From the NCBI GenBank assembly GCA_043228905.1, contig JBHGNT010000004.1, forward strand, positions 7,874,001 through 7,938,000: 64,000 bases of DNA. Reading direction: 5' to 3'. The DNA comes from Azolla caroliniana (taxonomy: Eukaryota; Plantae; Polypodiophyta). The notes below the pieces were generated by a model. It had not been told where the DNA came from. It worked only from the letters and a program-made list of their open reading frames with translations, and did no database searches. The position numbers were made by a program, and so were the translations under genes. Positions 59,275 to 64,000 of the stretch are shown piece by piece; position 1 is the stretch's first letter; each line of letters starts with the position of its first letter.

Positions 59275-60991
59275 GGGCGGAGCACTCCATCCCTGAAAAA
59301 GTTCGACGAGGACGACTACGACGGGGAGTGGCTTCTAATCGGGAGATTCCTAAAGACGATGATGAAGGACGCCTCATTGACTAGGGAGGAAGCGAGTCAA
59401 CTCCGGAAGAAGGCATATAGGTACTTCCTACGAAACGGGAAAATCATGAGGCATCCGAAGAAGCAGAATGACACGCCACTCCGGGTAATAGCACGGGTGG
59501 AGGATCAAGAGAGACTGATATCAAAATTCCATGAAAGCCCTTGGTTCGGGCACCGGGGTACATGGGCCACCTTTGAGAAGCTAAAGGAGAAATATTGGTG
59601 GCTAGGTATATATAAAGGCGTGCACGACATTGTGTCAACATGCGAAAGCTGCCAGATGCACTCGGTGGTTCATCACCGCGACGAGCTGCACCCAACATAC
59701 CCGCCGGTCGTACACTTCAAATGGATGGTTGACTTGGTATCAATGCCAATGGGAGTAGGCCAGATGCGATACTTGGTGCTAGCAAGGGAAGATCTGACGA
59801 ACCAGGTGGAGGGCCCAGCGCTGACAAACAAGTCCACCGCAGCCATATGCAAATTTCTTATCAAAGATGTCATATGCTGATACGGGTGCGTAGGAAAGAT
59901 TGTGGCTGACTGAGGAGAGCTAGATGCGGAGGAGGCCGAATAACTGTTCAACCGGTTAGACATGAGGTTGTCCCTCACAACGACATACAACCCTGAAGCG
60001 AACGGGAAGATTGAGCGGGGCCATGGTCCGATCGTAAAGGTCATTGTACGCGCGTGTGAAGGACGAGTCAGCGACTGGCCGAGGCTACTCCCTTACGTGC
60101 TATGGGTGGACAGGACTACCCACAGTTCGGTGACAGGGTACATGCCAACGGAACTCATATTCGGGCAGAAACCCATCATGCCGGTCGAGCGAACAATCGC
60201 CTCCTAGGTGGCGATCGATTGGGCCGACAAAATGAGCGAAGAGTACTTGTTGGCAGCGCGCATCCGTCAACTCGAGCGAAGACCAGAAGATGTGGAACGG
60301 GCAACCGCGAGGGTGAAGGAAGCAAGAAACCGAAACAAGGCCAGGTTCGACCGAATCCACCAACTCCGTCCAAAGAAGATCGAAGAAGGCGACTGGGTGT
60401 TGGTCTACGACAACAGTCTCGACAACCAACATCGGTCTACGCGTAAGTTCGCAAAATAGTGCTTCGGGTCGTACGTGGTAATCAGCGCTAATGACAATAC
60501 AACGTATTATCTCATGGAGTTCGACAGGACCCGAATGACGACACCAGTGGCCGGGAAGCGGATAAAGGCCTTCAATAGGCGGAACGAGGAGGAACCGGAC
60601 CCGTCCCGGAGGTGGCGATCGAAAGCGGCGATTCAGACTAGGAGGACGAGTAACGGTTGACCTCGGAATCCCTCACTAAATTTGCTACCCGGCACATACC
60701 AGAGGATGTGCGGTTTAGTGGGGGGTGGATGTCGTGAAGATTCCGGGCCACAAGAGGAAACGTCGTCGAAAACGTGGGAACACAGGTGTACACGACTACA
60801 GTACCCTTTTGAATTAACTTATGTCGGAGAGTAATGAGGAGAGCAAATCAAGGAGAGAATCTAGGGATGGATAGCAACAGGTCATTAAAGCCGATGTAAC
60901 GGTCTCCTTGTGTTATAAAAGGGGCGGCCTCAGACTGTTTATAGGGAAACAATCAGGGAGGACAAGAAGACGATGCCGAACCAGAGACATG

Positions 60992-61028
<37 letters not shown>

Positions 61029-61669
61029 ACTCTCTCTCTCTCTCTCTCTCTCTTTTTCTTGCTCTCAACTGAAGCTCTACGACCGAATCTCGAAAGGTGG
61101 ACCCTCTGCTCGTGTCAGACGCCTGCGTGCTCCCGACCAGAGGTTCACCTTATTGTGTGTGTTTGCTCTAGAGCTCAAAGCTCAGTTACCGGACCATACC
61201 AGTTATTTTCCCTACGCTTCACGCACACGTTCTACCTTCTAGCGTTAAACTACTGCATTGTTTTACGTTGCTATTCTACTTGAGACTTCGTCACCAGCTC
61301 TGATCCGGTTGTAATCGCTTACTGCGCTACACGCCCATTCTCTTTAATATAACTTACCTCGTTAATCTGAGTTGCTCGGTGTGTCTCAGTCTTGTCGCAT
61401 CGTGTCGGGCCGGAAACACAGGATTCTCTCTCCGCTACTCTTCTCTGTCTACCCACGGTCTCTGTGTTCACGCGAAGTGCGGGCTCCTTCCCCTCACTTC
61501 TTGATTCCTTGGTTCAAGTCCCCCATGGTCCTGCCCCGTTTCTACGCATCCGCGCAGAATACTGCGACAACGATAAGAGCAATGAATCTGCTAATGACTC
61601 CTACGGCAAGAGCAATGCCAAGTTGTGTTATGACCATCGTGTATTAAGGATCTTACTGCCAATGCATAT

Positions 61670-61950
61670 GGGTGAGATTATGCGGAATTATGCTCGGCCA
61701 CAACCGAGTCTTCAATTACTTCGTTGAGAGTTACAAACACAGAAATGGGAATGTGGAGATAGATGCACGTATACACAAGAAAACACTGAAAGAGAGTACA
61801 CAATATGTTTACGTGGAAAACCCTAAACGGGAAAAACCGCGAGAGCCCACAAGCTCCAAACTATCACTATGTCTAAGAGGAATACAGCACAGAAACACAG
61901 AGGCAACGACCTCATGCTCACAATCTTCACCTGGCGGTGGTTACAACAAA

Positions 61951-62045
<95 letters not shown>

Positions 62046-64000
62046 GCTCTGCTACGCACTGTACAACAATTACACCAATAACTCTATACAAAATAATGAC
62101 AACCACCATAATACTTTGTTTGCCCTAGGTCATATTTATACTAATATGACTTTCGGACTATTTACAAATATAGCCACAATGGGCCAACAGGAACATATTT
62201 ACATATATGTCCCTTCATCCAGTGAGAGGTTCTCACCGGGGTCTGCATCATCCGGCTCTCACCGGGCCTTCATCATCCCATCCGGCATGGGACATCTGGT
62301 TAGTCCAATTCGCTTCTGGCATGCGTCCAGCTTGTCGAGCATCAGCACCTTGGTCAACATATCTGACCCATTCTCCTCCGTCTGGATCTTCGTCAACATG
62401 AACTCTCAATCTTCCACTCACTCCCGGATCCAGTGGTACCTCCGCTGGATGTGCTTCGTCCTGGAATGATACGTCGCGTTCTTTGCAAGATGGATGGCAC
62501 TCTGGCTATCGCAATAGAGCTGGTATTTCTCTTGCCAGATCCCTAGCTCTCCGATGAAGTCCTTCATCCACAGTATTTCCTTGCCAGCTTCCACAACTGC
62601 CATGCACTCCACTTCCGTGGTTGACAACACAACCGTCTTCTGCAGCCTCGACTGCCACGAAACAGCTCCCCTTGCATATGTCATAACATATCCCGATGTT
62701 GACCGGCTGGTATCCGCATCAACCGACATATCTAAATCAGTGAAACCGTCAAGTTGGGGCTTACTGGAGCTGAATTGGAGACACATACTTGAGGTGCCTT
62801 TCAAGTACCAGAGTATCCATTTTACCGCATTCCGGTGCTCCTTGCCGTGATTGCTCATAAACCGGCTCACCACTCCGACTGCATATCCGATATCCGGTCG
62901 GGTACACACCATTGCGTACATTAAGCTCCCGACGGCAGAGGCATATGGTATCTTCATCATATCCGCCTTTTCTGCCTTCATCTTTGGGCTTTGCTTACCG
63001 GATAGCTTGCAGTTTGCTGGAAGTGTCGATCCGATCGGTCTCCCGTCTGACATGTTGAACCGCTGAAGCACCTTTGTCACATATTTCTCCTGTGATAGCC
63101 ACAATTGCTTCTTTGACCAGTCCCGGATGATATGCATCCCCAGTATCTGTCTTGTCGGACCCAAGTCTTTCAATTAGAAGGTCCGGTTCAGAGCCTTCTT
63201 CAGCATCCGTATCTTGACTTGGTCTCATTCGACGATCAACATGTCGTCCACATATAGGAGGAGTATCATGAAGTCTCCACCTTCAAACTTCTTCACAAAT
63301 ACGCAGTGATCGGCCTGCGTCTTGTGGTACCCTTGGTCAGTCATAAAGGAGTCGAACTTCCAGTACCATTGCCGGGGAGCCTGCTTCAAACCGTAGAGGC
63401 TCTTCTTCAATCGGAAAATCAGGTGCTCCTTCCCTTTCTTCACAAATCCCTCAAGTTGTTGCATGTCGATCTCCTCTTCGAGGTCGCCGTGGAGGAATGT
63501 CGTCTTCACGCCTAACTGCTCTACCTCGAGGTTCATGCTTGCCGCTATGCTCAGCACCGTCCGAATGGAAGTCATCTTTACTACCGGGGCAAATATCTCG
63601 TCGAAGTCCACACCCTTCTTCTGTTGGAACCCCTTTACCACGATCCTGGCTTTGTATCTTGGGGGGTTGCCAGCATCTCCCGGTTTCAACTTGTACACCC
63701 ACTTATTTTAGACTGCCCAATTTCCTTTCGGCAACTCCACCAGTTCATACGTGTGGTTCTGATGCAGGGAATCCATCTCGTCCTACATGGCACTCAACCA
63801 CTTGCGGCTATGGGTGTCCTCCTTTGCTTCTTTGAAGCTTTCCGGCTCCCCCTCATCGGGTAGCAGCACACGCTCTGCATCCGGAAATCTCCGGGGGAGC
63901 CTTCTCTCTCTGAGAGGATATCTTCGTCTTTGGCTTTTGGCAACCGGCTCCTCTGTTCATTCTTCATCCGAATCCGATTCGGGGTATTGGCATGTTCCGG
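61670..64000 (-). mobile_element. Element G: Ty1/Copia (Tnt1/Tork-like) RT-RNase H and partly deleted 3' LTR (~61670-62207); runs off the window
   Basis: YKARIVVKGF, LLYVDDML, MKDLGP, PYASAVGSLMYAMVCTRPD, HSRTKHIQRRYHWIRE; LTR similar to 6078-6700. Left boundary approximate. Confidence 0.9.
61953..62042. repeat. (CT)n microsatellite in the LTR of G
   Basis: Uninterrupted CT run of about 90 bp. Confidence 0.95.

Larger units (their letters stand above)
31165..61569 (+). mobile_element. Element F: Ty3/Gypsy element with tRNA-Trp PBS (LTRs 31165-31939 and 60730-61569), expanded to 30 kb by nested insertions H and E
   Basis: Homologous TGTCGTGAAG... LTRs; PBS TGGTGAACTCGACGTGA 31944-31960; PPT GTGGGGGGTGGA; gag/PR 31986-33790, RT 33869-35066, RT/RH 48931-49663, IN 59275-60660 rejoin across the insertions. 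Confidence 0.92.

Noticed and set aside
61672-62469. 265-aa ORF with SL repeat
   Set aside because: Antisense of Copia G LTR/RNase H running through a CT microsatellite.

Overview
Land-plant nuclear DNA (probably a non-seed plant; inference). The only host gene is the 5' end of an AP-2 complex sigma subunit gene (- strand, 146-636), with a hAT-type MITE about 1 kb upstream. The remaining ~60 kb is a deep nest of LTR retrotransposons, mostly resolved by hand from LTR pairs, primer-binding sites (PBS), polypurine tracts (PPT) and target-site duplications (TSD). There are three related non-chromoviral Ty3/Gypsy elements with tRNA-Arg-type PBS (B 4250-~15016, A 19977-29440, C 36809-46687). There is a second Gypsy group (F, H, I) with apparent 4-bp TSDs and a tRNA-Trp PBS in F and I. 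There are also two full-length related Copia elements (D, E), several Copia fragments, two solo LTRs and a decayed LINE. Best candidate novelties: (1) A and C have no PPT; in its place sits a conserved mimic of a tRNA-Arg 3' half ending in CCA exactly 2 nt before the 3' LTR. (2) Directly upstream of that module both carry a conserved ~970-aa extra ORF ending LEED*. (3) Four different LTR families carry tRNA-like A-box/B-box modules, as a divergent pair around the TATA box in two of them. tRNA and family assignments are from memory and were not checked against databases.
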